Positions 44,478-54,054 of a stretch of 64,000 nucleotides of DNA are shown here, piece by piece. Where the stretch lies: assembly GCA_051651625.1 (NCBI GenBank), contig JBOFSQ010000111.1, forward strand, positions 229-64,228, in the 5' to 3' direction. The DNA is from Thermoguttaceae bacterium. Its GTDB lineage: Bacteria; Planctomycetota; Planctomycetia; Pirellulales; Thermoguttaceae. A program made the position numbers and the translations under genes. Numbering within the stretch: the stretch's first letter is position 1; each line of letters starts with the position of its first letter. The notes below the pieces were generated by a model. The model saw only the letters and a list, made by a program, of their open reading frames with translations. It had not been told where the DNA came from and did not search any database.

Positions 44478-44589
44478 ACACCAGCCTTTCCGTTTTGGAT
44501 TTGCGTGGCCTTGTTTTGTCGCTGATTTGGAATACAATACCAACCCTCATAGGTGGCGCGACATTTTTTCTACACACGCGGGGCCAGAG

Positions 44590-45525
44590 ATGGATTCCCT
44601 CAAGTTTACTGATCTTTTCAGACATTTTCTCGAAACGGCGGAACACACCCATCGTGAAGTGGATGCGTCCGCCATTGTGTTTTTGATTGAGGGGAAGGTC
44701 GATTGGGCGCGTCTGCGTAAGTCAGTCGCCAGCGACATCTCGATCATTGCTGCGGGGACAGACCGCGATTGGTTTGAGGGTGCCAAAGAAGCAAACATCC
44801 ACACCGTCTATCTCGACCAACACAACGATGCACCAATCTACGACCGACTAACACACGCGATTCTTGAGTCGGTCGCCGACGATCTTATCCCGCACGGAAG
44901 TCGAATCGTAGCGATCTATAGCGGATTCGATCCGAACTTGTACGACTCGCTCAGCGTCATCAATTTGCGTGAACATCTCGACCGCCTTTCGGGACGCGAC
45001 TTGCGGCAACTCGAAAGTCGCGTCCCGCTGACGACACTCAAGTGGGTTGTCGATCTCGCACTCGAAATCGGTCGTGAAGGACGTGAAGGAAAGGCGGTCG
45101 GTACGCTCTTCGTCGTTGGTGACACGCGAAAGGTGATGCACCAAAGTAAACCCGCTGGGTTTGACCCCGTTCGCGGTTATCAGCGGCGCGAACGGACGCT
45201 TGCCGACCCGCGCGTCCGCGAAGGGATCAAGGAAATCGCGCAGCTCGATGGTGCGTTCATCGTTGCAACCGATGGCGTAGTTGAAGCGGCGTGCCGTTAT
45301 CTCGATACCGCCACAACGACCATATCGCTCCCAAAAGGACTCGGCGCGCGACACTGGGCAGCCGCCGCAGTCAGCCACACGACGAAAGCTCTTGCCATCG
45401 TCGTCAGCCAGTCGAGTGGAACGGTGCGCATATTCCAGAAGGGTGAAGTTGTACTTCGTATCGAGTCGCGGCATCGTCGCCCGATGGTTTGGCGCGACTT
45501 CGATTACGAAGCCCCAACGGAGTAG
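44590..45525 (+). CDS. Diadenylate cyclase (DAC/DisA_N) domain protein with an unassigned N-terminal domain
   Basis: LDGAFIVATDG (DGA motif) and GLGARHWAAAAVS (compare RHR motif). Start MDSLKF at 44590. Confidence 0.6.
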   Translation: MDSLKFTDLFRHFLETAEHTHREVDASAIVFLIEGKVDWARLRKSVASDISIIAAGTDRDWFEGAKEANIHTVYLDQHNDAPIYDRLTHAILESVADDLIPHGSRIVAIYSGFDPNLYDSLSVINLREHLDRLSGRDLRQLESRVPLTTLKWVVDLALEIGREGREGKAVGTLFVVGDTRKVMHQSKPAGFDPVRGYQRRERTLADPRVREGIKEIAQLDGAFIVATDGVVEAACRYLDTATTTISLPKGLGARHWAAAAVSHTTKALAIVVSQSSGTVRIFQKGEVVLRIESRHRRPMVWRDFDYEAPTE

Positions 45526-45528
45526 TCG

Positions 45529-47673
45529 ATGATCGAATCTGCATCCCAAGAAACTGCGGTAAGCACCAACACTGCCAACGCTTCGGCGAGTGTAGCGATG
45601 TCGTCGGCGGCGTCGCTGTTGCCAGCGTTTCCGATGGCCGACATCGAACACATTCTCACCCAAGCGCAGCTCGGCCTTTGGGAGATTGCCGAAGGAGGTG
45701 ACGGGTTCGTATTTATCATTAATGACGTTGGGTGTAAAATGCACGGGCTTCCGCCCGACCGCGGGCACTGGAAACTGGAAGAGTTTCTAGCACAGTGTTG
45801 TCACCCCGACGACATATCGCGTACACGCCTTACCTTTGAACGACTCGTCAAGTATCCGACGCTGCGGCAGACGCTCGACATTCGCATCATGCACGCCCCG
45901 ACTAGTCAGTGGCGATGGTCGCGGTTCTTCGCACGCGGACACACCGCAAAACCCGAAGAGGCGTCGAAAAATGTGCGAGTCATCGGCGCGGTGCAAGACA
46001 TTCACGATGTCTTCGCATACCAAAGTCTGCTCGTTGAACACCGCGAGTCGCAGCGTCACATCGCGTCGATGCTCAACATGATTCCGATAGCGGCGTCGGT
46101 CTGGACGGAGGAGATGACCGTAATCGACATCAATCAAACGTGGCTCAAAGCGTTTGCATTGGACGACAAAGGCCCGATGCTCGCCGCCCCGTTTTCGTTC
46201 GTTGCTGCGGCATCGTGTGAAGGCGATTCGTCGAAAGATGAGTTGCTTCGCCGCATTCTTCAAGCGTTTCGAGAAGGTGATGACGGCGAGAACGATGCGG
46301 CGGAACTCACGTTCGTCTCCGCTAGTGGCGAACCGATTCCAGCGACGGTGCGTTTCGTTCGGATAACGATGGATTCGCGTCCGGTGGTGGTCTGTTTCTT
46401 GTATGACCTTCGTAAGGTGAAGGCTGCGATGGCGGCGGTCGAAGAGGCCCGCCACCTCGCCGAGGAGAGTGCCCGTGCCAAGGGCGACTTCCTCGCAAAC
46501 ATGAGTCACGAAATTCGTACTCCAATGAACGCCATTCTGGGGATGACTTACCTCCTCCTCCAAATGGACAACAATCCAAAGCAAAAAGATTTTCTCGACA
46601 AGATCATTCACTCCGCGCAACTCCTGCTCCGCATTCTCAACGACATTCTCGACTTCTCCAAAATCGAAGCAGGAAAACTTGAGATCGAACAGATTTCGTT
46701 TTCGATACGAAAGTGTCTCGAACAGATCGAGACGCTCCTCCGCGAAACGGCGCAAAAGAAGGGAGTTGCGTTAACGCTTCGTGTGGCCGACGATGTCCCC
46801 GACGAACTTATTGGCGACCCAGTACGTCTTGGCCAGATCGTTATGAATCTCATGACCAACGCGATCAAGTTCACTCCCAAAGGTGGCGTGACGGTGACGA
46901 TCACGGCGGCACTTCCAGACGAAGTTCCTGTCGAGCAGCGTGGCGTGGTTGCGGGTAATGTCTTTGCACTTCACGCCACGGTTCGTGACAGCGGAATCGG
47001 AATGACGCCGGAGCAGAGCGCGCGTTTGTTCCAACCGTTCGTGCAGGCTGATTCATCGACGACGCGAAAGTTCGGCGGCACGGGACTCGGACTTGCGATC
47101 TCGAAAAATCTCGTGGAGCAAATGCACGGCGTGATTTGGTGTGAGAGTGCGGTCGGGTTTGGGTCGTCGTTTCACTTTGTCGTGCAGTTGCCGATTTCAG
47201 ATGTCGTCAAAGATGCAGATGATCCGTCGTCTGCGGATGAGTTTCGCAGTCACGCGGCGACGGGGTCGGCGATTACGAGGCTCAACGGTAGCAAGATTCT
47301 GCTGGCTGAAGACAACGCAATCAATCAAATCGTCGCCGTCGAGATGCTCAAGACGCACGGTTGTATCGTCGATGTCGCTGCCAACGGACGCGAGGCGATA
47401 GATGCGCTTGAACGTGGCACGGCGTATGAAATAATTCTGATGGACATCCAAATGCCGGAAATGGACGGCCTACAAGCGACAGCCATCATTCGTAACAAGA
47501 AAGAATACGATCACGTTCCGATCATCGCAATGACAGCCCACGCAATGAGCGGCGACCGCGAACGACTCCTTGAAGCAGGAATGGACGACTACATCACCAA
47601 ACCAATCGTCCCCGAAAAACTGTACAGCACGCTCGTTCGCTGGTTGAAACGAAGTGATGAATCGCACGATTGA
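45529..47673 (+). CDS. Hybrid sensor histidine kinase / response regulator (PAS-PAS-HisKA-HATPase-REC)
   Basis: FLANMSHEIRTPMNAILGM, GGTGLGLAISKNLVE, REC ILLAEDN...ILMDIQMPEMDG. Starts 3 nt after the DAC gene stop. Confidence 0.9.
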   Translation: MIESASQETAVSTNTANASASVAMSSAASLLPAFPMADIEHILTQAQLGLWEIAEGGDGFVFIINDVGCKMHGLPPDRGHWKLEEFLAQCCHPDDISRTRLTFERLVKYPTLRQTLDIRIMHAPTSQWRWSRFFARGHTAKPEEASKNVRVIGAVQDIHDVFAYQSLLVEHRESQRHIASMLNMIPIAASVWTEEMTVIDINQTWLKAFALDDKGPMLAAPFSFVAAASCEGDSSKDELLRRILQAFREGDDGENDAAELTFVSASGEPIPATVRFVRITMDSRPVVVCFLYDLRKVKAAMAAVEEARHLAEESARAKGDFLANMSHEIRTPMNAILGMTYLLLQMDNNPKQKDFLDKIIHSAQLLLRILNDILDFSKIEAGKLEIEQISFSIRKCLEQIETLLRETAQKKGVALTLRVADDVPDELIGDPVRLGQIVMNLMTNAIKFTPKGGVTVTITAALPDEVPVEQRGVVAGNVFALHATVRDSGIGMTPEQSARLFQPFVQADSSTTRKFGGTGLGLAISKNLVEQMHGVIWCESAVGFGSSFHFVVQLPISDVVKDADDPSSADEFRSHAATGSAITRLNGSKILLAEDNAINQIVAVEMLKTHGCIVDVAANGREAIDALERGTAYEIILMDIQMPEMDGLQATAIIRNKKEYDHVPIIAMTAHAMSGDRERLLEAGMDDYITKPIVPEKLYSTLVRWLKRSDESHD

Positions 47674-47738
47674 GTAGTTCAGGTTCGGCATAGCCAAACC
47701 CTCCAGCGTTTGGAGGGTTCGGCTATGCCGAACCGCAG
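47674..47738 (-). repeat. Family A element, core only, copy A8
   Basis: Follows the kinase stop directly: TGAGTAGTTCAGGTTCGGCATAGCCAAACCCTCC... Confidence 0.9.
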
Positions 47739-48527
47739 TCACCGCGCCGCCAGCATCATCGTCACAAGTATCTGAATCGGAACGTACACATTGAGAATCG
47801 TTACGACGGCGAAGAAGATACGTTCGGGAACGATGCGGAAGAGATGCTGGCCGACAATCGCGCCGACAAAGATCGCAGGGACAAAGGCGAGGTCGAGTTT
47901 GAGTGTGTCGCTCGTCACCATTCCGAGGCCTACGACGACGGGTAGTTTGGACAAGTTCACCAGAGCGAAGAAGACGACATAAGTCCCCATGAAGTCGGCC
48001 TTGTTTCGGTCTTGGGCCATGAGGTATACCGACATCACTGGCCCTGCGGCGTTGCCGATCATCGTCGTTGCACCAGCGAGAAAACCGAAGAACCACGTCT
48101 GCCACAATCCCCACCATGCGACATTGCTTTTCGGTGTAGAGACGTTGTTTTTACGACGCACGAAACGGCGACTTTGTTCGGCGACGACGAGAATTAATAT
48201 CAGCACAGCGAGGACGACGCGAAAGAGCGCATCGTCGAGCGACCAGAGAACGACGGAGCCGCAGGCCATTCCGATGGCGACGGACGGAACCATACGCATA
48301 AGTTGCCTCCAATCGCAGCGGGCATAGTGATAGAAAACAGCGAGCAAGTCTGCGACGATGAGGAGCGGTACCATTACTCCCATCGAGGTTTTTTCGGCTC
48401 CGGGTAGCGCGAGTGCCATCAGGAGTACACTCACGATCCCCAGCCCCGGTACACCCGTCTTCGACATCCCAACCAGCATCGCCGCCAGCGATCCAAAAAC
48501 AAATAACATCATCGCGGCATTATACAT
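47739..48527 (-). CDS. TauE/SafE (TSUP) family anion exporter
   Basis: Eight hydrophobic segments with GVPGLGIVSVLLMALA and GNAAGPVMSVYL motifs. Start uncertain (48557, 48527 or 48512). Confidence 0.75.
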   Translation of the reverse strand: MYNAAMMLFVFGSLAAMLVGMSKTGVPGLGIVSVLLMALALPGAEKTSMGVMVPLLIVADLLAVFYHYARCDWRQLMRMVPSVAIGMACGSVVLWSLDDALFRVVLAVLILILVVAEQSRRFVRRKNNVSTPKSNVAWWGLWQTWFFGFLAGATTMIGNAAGPVMSVYLMAQDRNKADFMGTYVVFFALVNLSKLPVVVGLGMVTSDTLKLDLAFVPAIFVGAIVGQHLFRIVPERIFFAVVTILNVYVPIQILVTMMLAAR

Positions 48528-49464
48528 GACCAAAATCGCGTCCGCAACGCCCACCACCGTTCAACACCAGAATCTTGCCGTCAGTGCGATGGCGCGGATT
48601 ACTTGGATCGGAATGATTGTCAACATCTTTCTCACGCTGGGAAAGTTCGGAGTCGGTTCTTACGCGCACAGCCAAGTTTTGATCGCAGACGCCGTTCACA
48701 GTCTTTCTGATCTTGTCACCGACGCGGCGGTGATCATCGGTGCGCGTTACTGGACGCAGCCCGCCGACGAAAATCATCCGCACGGCCACTCGAAGATCGA
48801 GACGCTCGTCACGCTCTTTATCGGTGCGGCTTTGGCGATGGTTGGGCTTCAGCTCATCGACGGTGCGGTGGAGTCACTCCACACGCCGACCACACCGGAG
48901 ACGATGGGGTTGCCATCGTATTTGGCGTTATCAGTGGCGTTAACTTCTATCGTGGTCAAAGAGATACTGTATCGGGCGACGGCGGTTGTTGGCCGGCGTT
49001 ATCGTTCGTCTGCGGTGATTGCGAATGCGTGGCACCATCGCAGCGACGCATTGAGTTCGATCCCTGCGGCAATATCTATCGCGGCGTGTATGATTCTTGG
49101 GCCATCGTTTGCGTTTCTCGATCCGGTTGGTACAATCGTCGTGGCGGCGATGATTTTGTACACATCTTGGAAGCTGGCAGAGCCGACGTTTGCTACGCTC
49201 CTTGATGTTGGGGCGACACGCGACCAGCGTCTCGCCATCGAAGAGGTTGTCCGAACTTTCCCTGATGTCTGCGGGATTCACAAGGTTCGTACTCGTCCGC
49301 TCGGTGCGGGGAGTATCGCGGTCGATTTGCACACCGAGATCGACGGAGAAACAAGTGTCACCGCAGCGCACGCACTCTCGCACGCCATCGTTCACAAACT
49401 CAAATCGACGCTGCCGTATGTCGTCGATGTCGTCATTCATATCGAACCGTTTGAGAAAACGTGA
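48526..49464 (+). CDS. Cation diffusion facilitator (CDF) metal efflux transporter
   Basis: ADAVHSLSDLVTD and HPHGHSKIETL. The ORF-track start at 48358 is antisense to the TauE gene; ATG at 48526 fits. Confidence 0.9.
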   Translation: MTKIASATPTTVQHQNLAVSAMARITWIGMIVNIFLTLGKFGVGSYAHSQVLIADAVHSLSDLVTDAAVIIGARYWTQPADENHPHGHSKIETLVTLFIGAALAMVGLQLIDGAVESLHTPTTPETMGLPSYLALSVALTSIVVKEILYRATAVVGRRYRSSAVIANAWHHRSDALSSIPAAISIAACMILGPSFAFLDPVGTIVVAAMILYTSWKLAEPTFATLLDVGATRDQRLAIEEVVRTFPDVCGIHKVRTRPLGAGSIAVDLHTEIDGETSVTAAHALSHAIVHKLKSTLPYVVDVVIHIEPFEKT

Positions 49465-49469
49465 ACACA

Positions 49470-49515
49470 TTCCGTCATTCCTGCGGAGGCAGGAATCCAT
49501 CCTGACGGAATGCGT
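49470..49515. repeat. Family C hairpin variant (ATTCCT-N8-AGGAAT)
   Basis: cattccgtcattcctgcggaggcaggaatccatcctgacggaatg. Confidence 0.85.
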
Positions 49516-49689
49516 GTTAGCGTCGTGGCATGAACAATCGCAACACTTGTCTTCGTCTCGATAGGGATGGCGTGTGTTGAAAAATTTCAATAACCGTATG
49601 CAAGCGGTACTCCGCGCAGCTTACGGTAGCGACACCACAAAAACCGAGCGTCTGTAAGACGCCACCAATCGCAGAGTTGACGCAAAACG

Positions 49690-49803
49690 TGGTAGCGTCC
49701 TACCGGACGCACCGGGTTTTGGTCGCGTCACCGGCGGTTGCGTTTGCCGCTATCGCGGCTGCACTTACCGCCGGTTATTGAAATTGCTGCCCCGTTGGGG
49801 CAA
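49690..49803 (+). repeat. Structured repeat, family G, copy 2
   Basis: ggtagcgtcctaccggacgcaccgggttttggtcgcgtcaccggcggttgcgtttgccgctatcgcggctgcacttaccgccggttattgaaattgctgccccgttggggcaaag. Confidence 0.8.
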
Positions 49804-49871
49804 AGACGCCAACGGCAACGCGGTCACAATCAGTAAAAGCTTACAACCCTTTTTGAGGAGCCTCCCAACAC

Positions 49872-50795
49872 ATGTTTTCAGGAATTTTCACAAAGATCAA
49901 ACAGGGTCTCGCCAAGACGGCGCGGATTCTCAACACCGACATCCGCGACATCTTCAAGACGCAGGGGCGGCTCGTTGATGCCGAGTTTTTGAAGGAGATG
50001 TTTGAGACGTTTGTCAAAACCGATATGGGCGTAGTTACGTCGAAAGAAATTACCGACGAAATTTCGGCACAACACTTAAATCGCGTCGTGCATCTCGAAG
50101 ACGTTTTGCGAACGACCCGCGACAAACTCAAAGAGCTGATGCGACAAGGCGTTGAGCCGATTCGGATGGCGTCGTCGCCGCCGACGGTGGTGATGGTGTG
50201 CGGTGTGAACGGTTGCGGCAAGACGACGACTATCGCAAAGTTAACGCAACTCTTTTCGCGTGAGAAAAAGAAAGTCGTGCTCGGTGCAGCAGACACGTTT
50301 CGCGCTGCCGCCGTTGAGCAGCTTACCGTTTGGGCGGAGCGACTCGGCGCAGAAATTGTGACGGGCGCAGCGGGGAGCGATCCGGCAAGTGTGGCACATA
50401 AGGCGGTGAGTCGTGCCCGCGAAATTGGGGCCGATGTTTGCATCGTCGATACCGCCGGACGCCTTCAAACGCAACGCCATCTGATGCAAGAACTCGGAAA
50501 AATCGGTCGCGTCATCGGTAAACAAGTCGAGGGCGGGCCGCACGAAGTTCTCCTTGTCATCGACGCGACGACGGGACAAAACGGTCTCAGTCAAGCGAAA
50601 CACTTCAGCGACGCTGCGAAGTGTTCTGGTATCGTGCTTACCAAACTCGACGGCACGGCGAAGGGCGGAATCGTCGTCGCCATCCGTAAACATCTCGACA
50701 TCCCCGTCAGATATATTGGCGTCGGTGAAACCGCCGACGACCTCGTCCCGTTCGATGCCGATGCGTTCGTTGACGGAATGTTTGCCGATGAGTGA
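49872..50795 (+). CDS. ftsY: Signal recognition particle receptor FtsY (NG domain only)
   Basis: VCGVNGCGKTTTIAKL, DTAGRLQ, TKLDGTAKGG. Confidence 0.9.
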   Translation: MFSGIFTKIKQGLAKTARILNTDIRDIFKTQGRLVDAEFLKEMFETFVKTDMGVVTSKEITDEISAQHLNRVVHLEDVLRTTRDKLKELMRQGVEPIRMASSPPTVVMVCGVNGCGKTTTIAKLTQLFSREKKKVVLGAADTFRAAAVEQLTVWAERLGAEIVTGAAGSDPASVAHKAVSRAREIGADVCIVDTAGRLQTQRHLMQELGKIGRVIGKQVEGGPHEVLLVIDATTGQNGLSQAKHFSDAAKCSGIVLTKLDGTAKGGIVVAIRKHLDIPVRYIGVGETADDLVPFDADAFVDGMFADE

Positions 50796-50824
50796 ACGTT
50801 CACGGATTTTTTCGTTATTTCCAC

Positions 50825-50985
50825 CACCCACCGTCATTCCCGCGAAGGCGGGAATCCAGCCTGACAGCACTTCGTTGATGTTATGTCTGTGCTGAGTCGG
50901 GCACTCGCTTACGCTTCGTGTTCTTATTGACGTAACGCATTAAGAACACGAAGCGTAAGCGAGTGCCATGAACGAGTGCCATGAA
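50825..50985 (-). repeat. Composite family C + B repeat (reverse orientation) plus an inverted B unit
   Basis: gtcattcccgcgaaggcgggaatccagcctgacagcac ... ggcactcgcttacgcttcgtgttcttatt ... aagaacacgaagcgtaagcgagtgcc. Confidence 0.9.
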
Positions 50986-51026
50986 TCATAACACGACAAC
51001 GCAACCAAATACCCTAGAAACGCTCG

Positions 51027-52046
51027 ATGGAAATCATTCGTCGCAAAACTTATGCCCGTGCGGGGCTTTTGGGGAATCCGTCCGATGGTTACGGTGGACG
51101 CACGATCTCGGTCATCGTCCGCGAACTAGCTGCGACAGTCACGCTCTACGAGTGGGAGACGCTTGAAATCGTCTCGACGCAAAACGATGAAAGCGTCTTT
51201 CGTTCAATCGACGACCTCTGCCGCGACGTGCGACTTCACGGTTACTACGGCGGTATCAGGTTAATCAAGGCGGCGATCAAAGGGTTCGCCGACTATTGCC
51301 ATCAGCGGTCGATTCGGTTACACAATCGAAACTTCTCGGTGCGGTACGATTCGTCGATACCGCGTCAAGTTGGGCTTGCCGGTTCGAGTGCGATTATCGT
51401 CGCCACGCTCCGAACATTGATGGCGTTTTACAACGTCGAAATCGACCAGCGTGTTCTTCCGTCGCTCGTTCTCTCGGTCGAGCGCGAGCAACTCGGTATT
51501 CCCGCCGGACTGCAAGACCGCGTTATTCAAGTCTACGAAGGTTGCGTCTCGATGGACTTCGGCCCCGATGCGATGGAGACAATCGACGGCTTCGTCTGCG
51601 GTCGTTACGAACCGCTCGACCCAGCTATTTTGCCGCCGCTCTACATTGCTTATGCAACGCAGTTTGGCGAGCCGACCGAAGTTTTGCACAGCGACTTGCG
51701 TTTTAGATTTGAACGCGGCGACGCCGATGTCGTTTCGGCGATGCGGCGTTTTGCGTCTTTTGCTGCCGACGGACGCGATGCGATTCTCGCCCGTGACACA
51801 CAAAAACTCAACCGCCTCATCAACGACAACTTCGATCTGCGACGTTCGATTTGTCACCTGTTGCGTGAACACATCGAGATGGTTGAAGTTGCGAGGAGCT
51901 GCGGTGTCTCGGCAAAGTTTGCGGGGAGCGGCGGTGCAATCATTGGTGTCTGTCCAGACGACGCAACGCTAAAAAAACTGACCGATGTGATGCGACCACT
52001 CGGTTGCAACGTCTGTCGCATCAGTCCGTGCGACTCGGCAAAATAG
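51027..52046 (+). CDS. GHMP-family sugar kinase, glucuronokinase-like
   Basis: GHMP motif GLAGSSAIIVATL. ARAGLLGNPSDGYGGRTISV, HGYYGGIRL and NFSVRYDSSIPRQVGLAGSS match my recollection of plant glucuronokinase closely. Confidence 0.75.
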   Translation: MEIIRRKTYARAGLLGNPSDGYGGRTISVIVRELAATVTLYEWETLEIVSTQNDESVFRSIDDLCRDVRLHGYYGGIRLIKAAIKGFADYCHQRSIRLHNRNFSVRYDSSIPRQVGLAGSSAIIVATLRTLMAFYNVEIDQRVLPSLVLSVEREQLGIPAGLQDRVIQVYEGCVSMDFGPDAMETIDGFVCGRYEPLDPAILPPLYIAYATQFGEPTEVLHSDLRFRFERGDADVVSAMRRFASFAADGRDAILARDTQKLNRLINDNFDLRRSICHLLREHIEMVEVARSCGVSAKFAGSGGAIIGVCPDDATLKKLTDVMRPLGCNVCRISPCDSAK

Positions 52047-52200
52047 CAAACGTTTTTCTGTGAGGCAAGATGCGCGGTGCGCCAGCGACTCCGCTTGACT
52101 GCGGGCGAGCCGATGGCCGATAGACCACGAAGAGTGATGCTGTCATTCTTCGTGGTTGCTTGTTTGTCACGCCGCGCACTTTCAACGTCGAGAACGTTTG

Positions 52201-52992
52201 ATGCCGTTTCCAAGTTCGATAACGCAGGAAGAGTTCTGCACCGATCTCAAGTCGCCCCACACGTTCGATCCGGTTGCGGAGATTCGGCGTTTGCGGCGTG
52301 AGCTTACGGAGCTTGCTGGCGCGTTCGATTCGCTAGTTCCGCCCAGAGATTCAGTCGCTACTCATTGTGCTGGCGAAGAACGTGATACTTGGTGTGAGGG
52401 TGACGTTGTGCGTTATGCGTCGCACTCGGCACTTGTTCCAGCGATTGCTACGTCGCGTGGGCGTCTTGCTGAACTTGTCGAGTTCTCTCCGCGTCTCGAC
52501 TTGCCACCACTCGAAACCGTTCAAATACGAAAACCACTCGGACTTGGCGAACGACAATCATCAGTGGCGAGTAGTGAGACGTTGCCTTCGGCCCGCGATG
52601 TTGTAATGACAGGTGCTCCGTCGGCGCGATGCGACAGTGTTTTACCGGTACGTTGCGATAGTGCGCACGAGATCGGTTGGGGGCGACACGGCGTACAGCG
52701 TCTTCGTGAGCTACAGTCGTCGTCGCGTGTGACTGCGCCGCTCCAGCCGCGTTACAGTTTGCATCGTCCTGTTGTCAGCACCTCGCACGAAGTATCGCGT
52801 TCAAGTGACTTGGCAGCGTTCCTTACGCTTTTGGGCGTTGCGGCGGTTGTTGTTGGTACGACGTTATATTTTCGCAGTTACCAAGTAGGTGGTAGTAACC
52901 TTGAGGCGTTGGGACTACAGGTCGGTTTTGTCGGCGCGATTGTCCTTGCTATTCGCCTAGTTGGTGAGGCGTTCACGCCGAAAGCATCGTGA
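52201..52992 (+). CDS. Hypothetical protein with two C-terminal TM helices
   Basis: ORF; C-terminal LAAFLTLLGVAAVVVGTTLYF and LGLQVGFVGAIVLAIRLV. Start MPFPSS at 52201 assumed. Confidence 0.45.
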   Translation: MPFPSSITQEEFCTDLKSPHTFDPVAEIRRLRRELTELAGAFDSLVPPRDSVATHCAGEERDTWCEGDVVRYASHSALVPAIATSRGRLAELVEFSPRLDLPPLETVQIRKPLGLGERQSSVASSETLPSARDVVMTGAPSARCDSVLPVRCDSAHEIGWGRHGVQRLRELQSSSRVTAPLQPRYSLHRPVVSTSHEVSRSSDLAAFLTLLGVAAVVVGTTLYFRSYQVGGSNLEALGLQVGFVGAIVLAIRLVGEAFTPKAS

Positions 52993-53603
52993 AATTGAGT
53001 CACAATCCATTTTCGAGTCGGTACGTTTTGCCTGATGTTGTTCCGTTTTTTTTTCCGGCAGCGGAAGCGGTGCAGGTTGAAACGCTTATCGAACAGTTTC
53101 TGTCGCGTGGCGGATTCGGACAGATTGTCGGGCCGCACGGGAGCGGGAAAACGACGCTGCTGGCCGAGATTGTGCGCGGACTTCGCCAGCGTAGTGTAAA
53201 CGTCTTGGAGCTGACGTTCCGCGACCGTCAGCGAACGCTCACCGCCGCACAGTGGGACGCCGCCGCAGAATTCGGACGACGTTCAAACAGCACGACAACT
53301 TCTGTTGTCGTCATTGATGGTTTCGAGCAACTCTCGTTTTGCGAATCGTTTCGTGTTCGCATTCTGCTTCGCCGCTGCGGACTTCTTTTGACGGCACATC
53401 GACGTGTGCTTTGGCTGCTGGGATTTGCGGTACTTTACACAACTCATCCGTCGCTTGAGACCACGGAGCGAGTCATCGCTTACTTGCTGCGTGATGTGAC
53501 GTGGCGTCCGTCGCATGAGGAAGTCGCCGCGCTCTACACGCTCCACCGCGGCAACACCCGCCTCGTAGTTAGCGACCTGTACGATCTCTACGAAGCACGC
53601 TAA
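52989..53603 (+). CDS. Small P-loop NTPase (AAA-like), function unknown
   Basis: Walker A GPHGSGKTTLL, Walker B VVVIDGFEQL. The GTG start overlaps the upstream stop (GTGA). Confidence 0.6.
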   Translation: MKLSHNPFSSRYVLPDVVPFFFPAAEAVQVETLIEQFLSRGGFGQIVGPHGSGKTTLLAEIVRGLRQRSVNVLELTFRDRQRTLTAAQWDAAAEFGRRSNSTTTSVVVIDGFEQLSFCESFRVRILLRRCGLLLTAHRRVLWLLGFAVLYTTHPSLETTERVIAYLLRDVTWRPSHEEVAALYTLHRGNTRLVVSDLYDLYEAR

Positions 53604-53616
53604 TCGTACCACAAAC

Positions 53617-53658
53617 AAACACGGGGCAGGCCAAACTGGCCCGCCCCGTGTTTTTCAC
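53617..53658 (+). terminator. Rho-independent terminator hairpin
   Basis: aaacacggggc-aggccaaactggcc-cgccccgtgttttt: GC-rich stem followed by a T run, 14 nt after the stop at 53603. Confidence 0.65.
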
Positions 53659-53677
53659 GAGAGATGCAACTGCATCA

Positions 53678-53965
53678 TCAGGCATTTTTTACGATGTCTG
53701 TAAAGTCTGACCAATCTTCCACTTTGAACACGCGAATATCACGAACCGACTGCTTAAACCACTCAATAGCCGACAGGCGATTAATGGCTTTGTAGACGAC
53801 CGCAATGCCATTTTCGCTACCTTGATAAAGATACACGCTGCCTTGCGTCGCCTCAAAGCCAAACTTTTTCAGCTCGGCACCAATCTCCGAATACGCATTG
53901 TTATACGGATCGCCATAGTTTATTTTTAGGTCGGATATTAGCATATCGAAAGCAATTGCGTACAT
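53678..53965 (-). CDS. vapD: VapD-family endoribonuclease (Cas2 superfamily)
   Basis: [14 protein letters not shown]...[10 protein letters not shown]...[18 protein letters not shown] is collinear with VapD as I remember it. The 95-aa form starts at ATG 53965. Confidence 0.8.
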   Translation of the reverse strand: MYAIAFDMLISDLKINYGDPYNNAYSEIGAELKKFGFEATQGSVYLYQGSENGIAVVYKAINRLSAIEWFKQSVRDIRVFKVEDWSDFTDIVKNA

Positions 53966-54054
53966 AGCCCATCTCCCCAACAGCGTTGACACAAACAACC
54001 AAAACACACAAGGCGTATTATCGCCAATTCGACACAAAAAACAAGGGCAAAAAG

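Noticed and set aside
48358-48525. Long N-terminal extension of the CDF transporter.
   Set aside because: This stretch is antisense to the TauE-family gene and has no CDF homology. ATG 48526 gives a normal CDF N-terminus.
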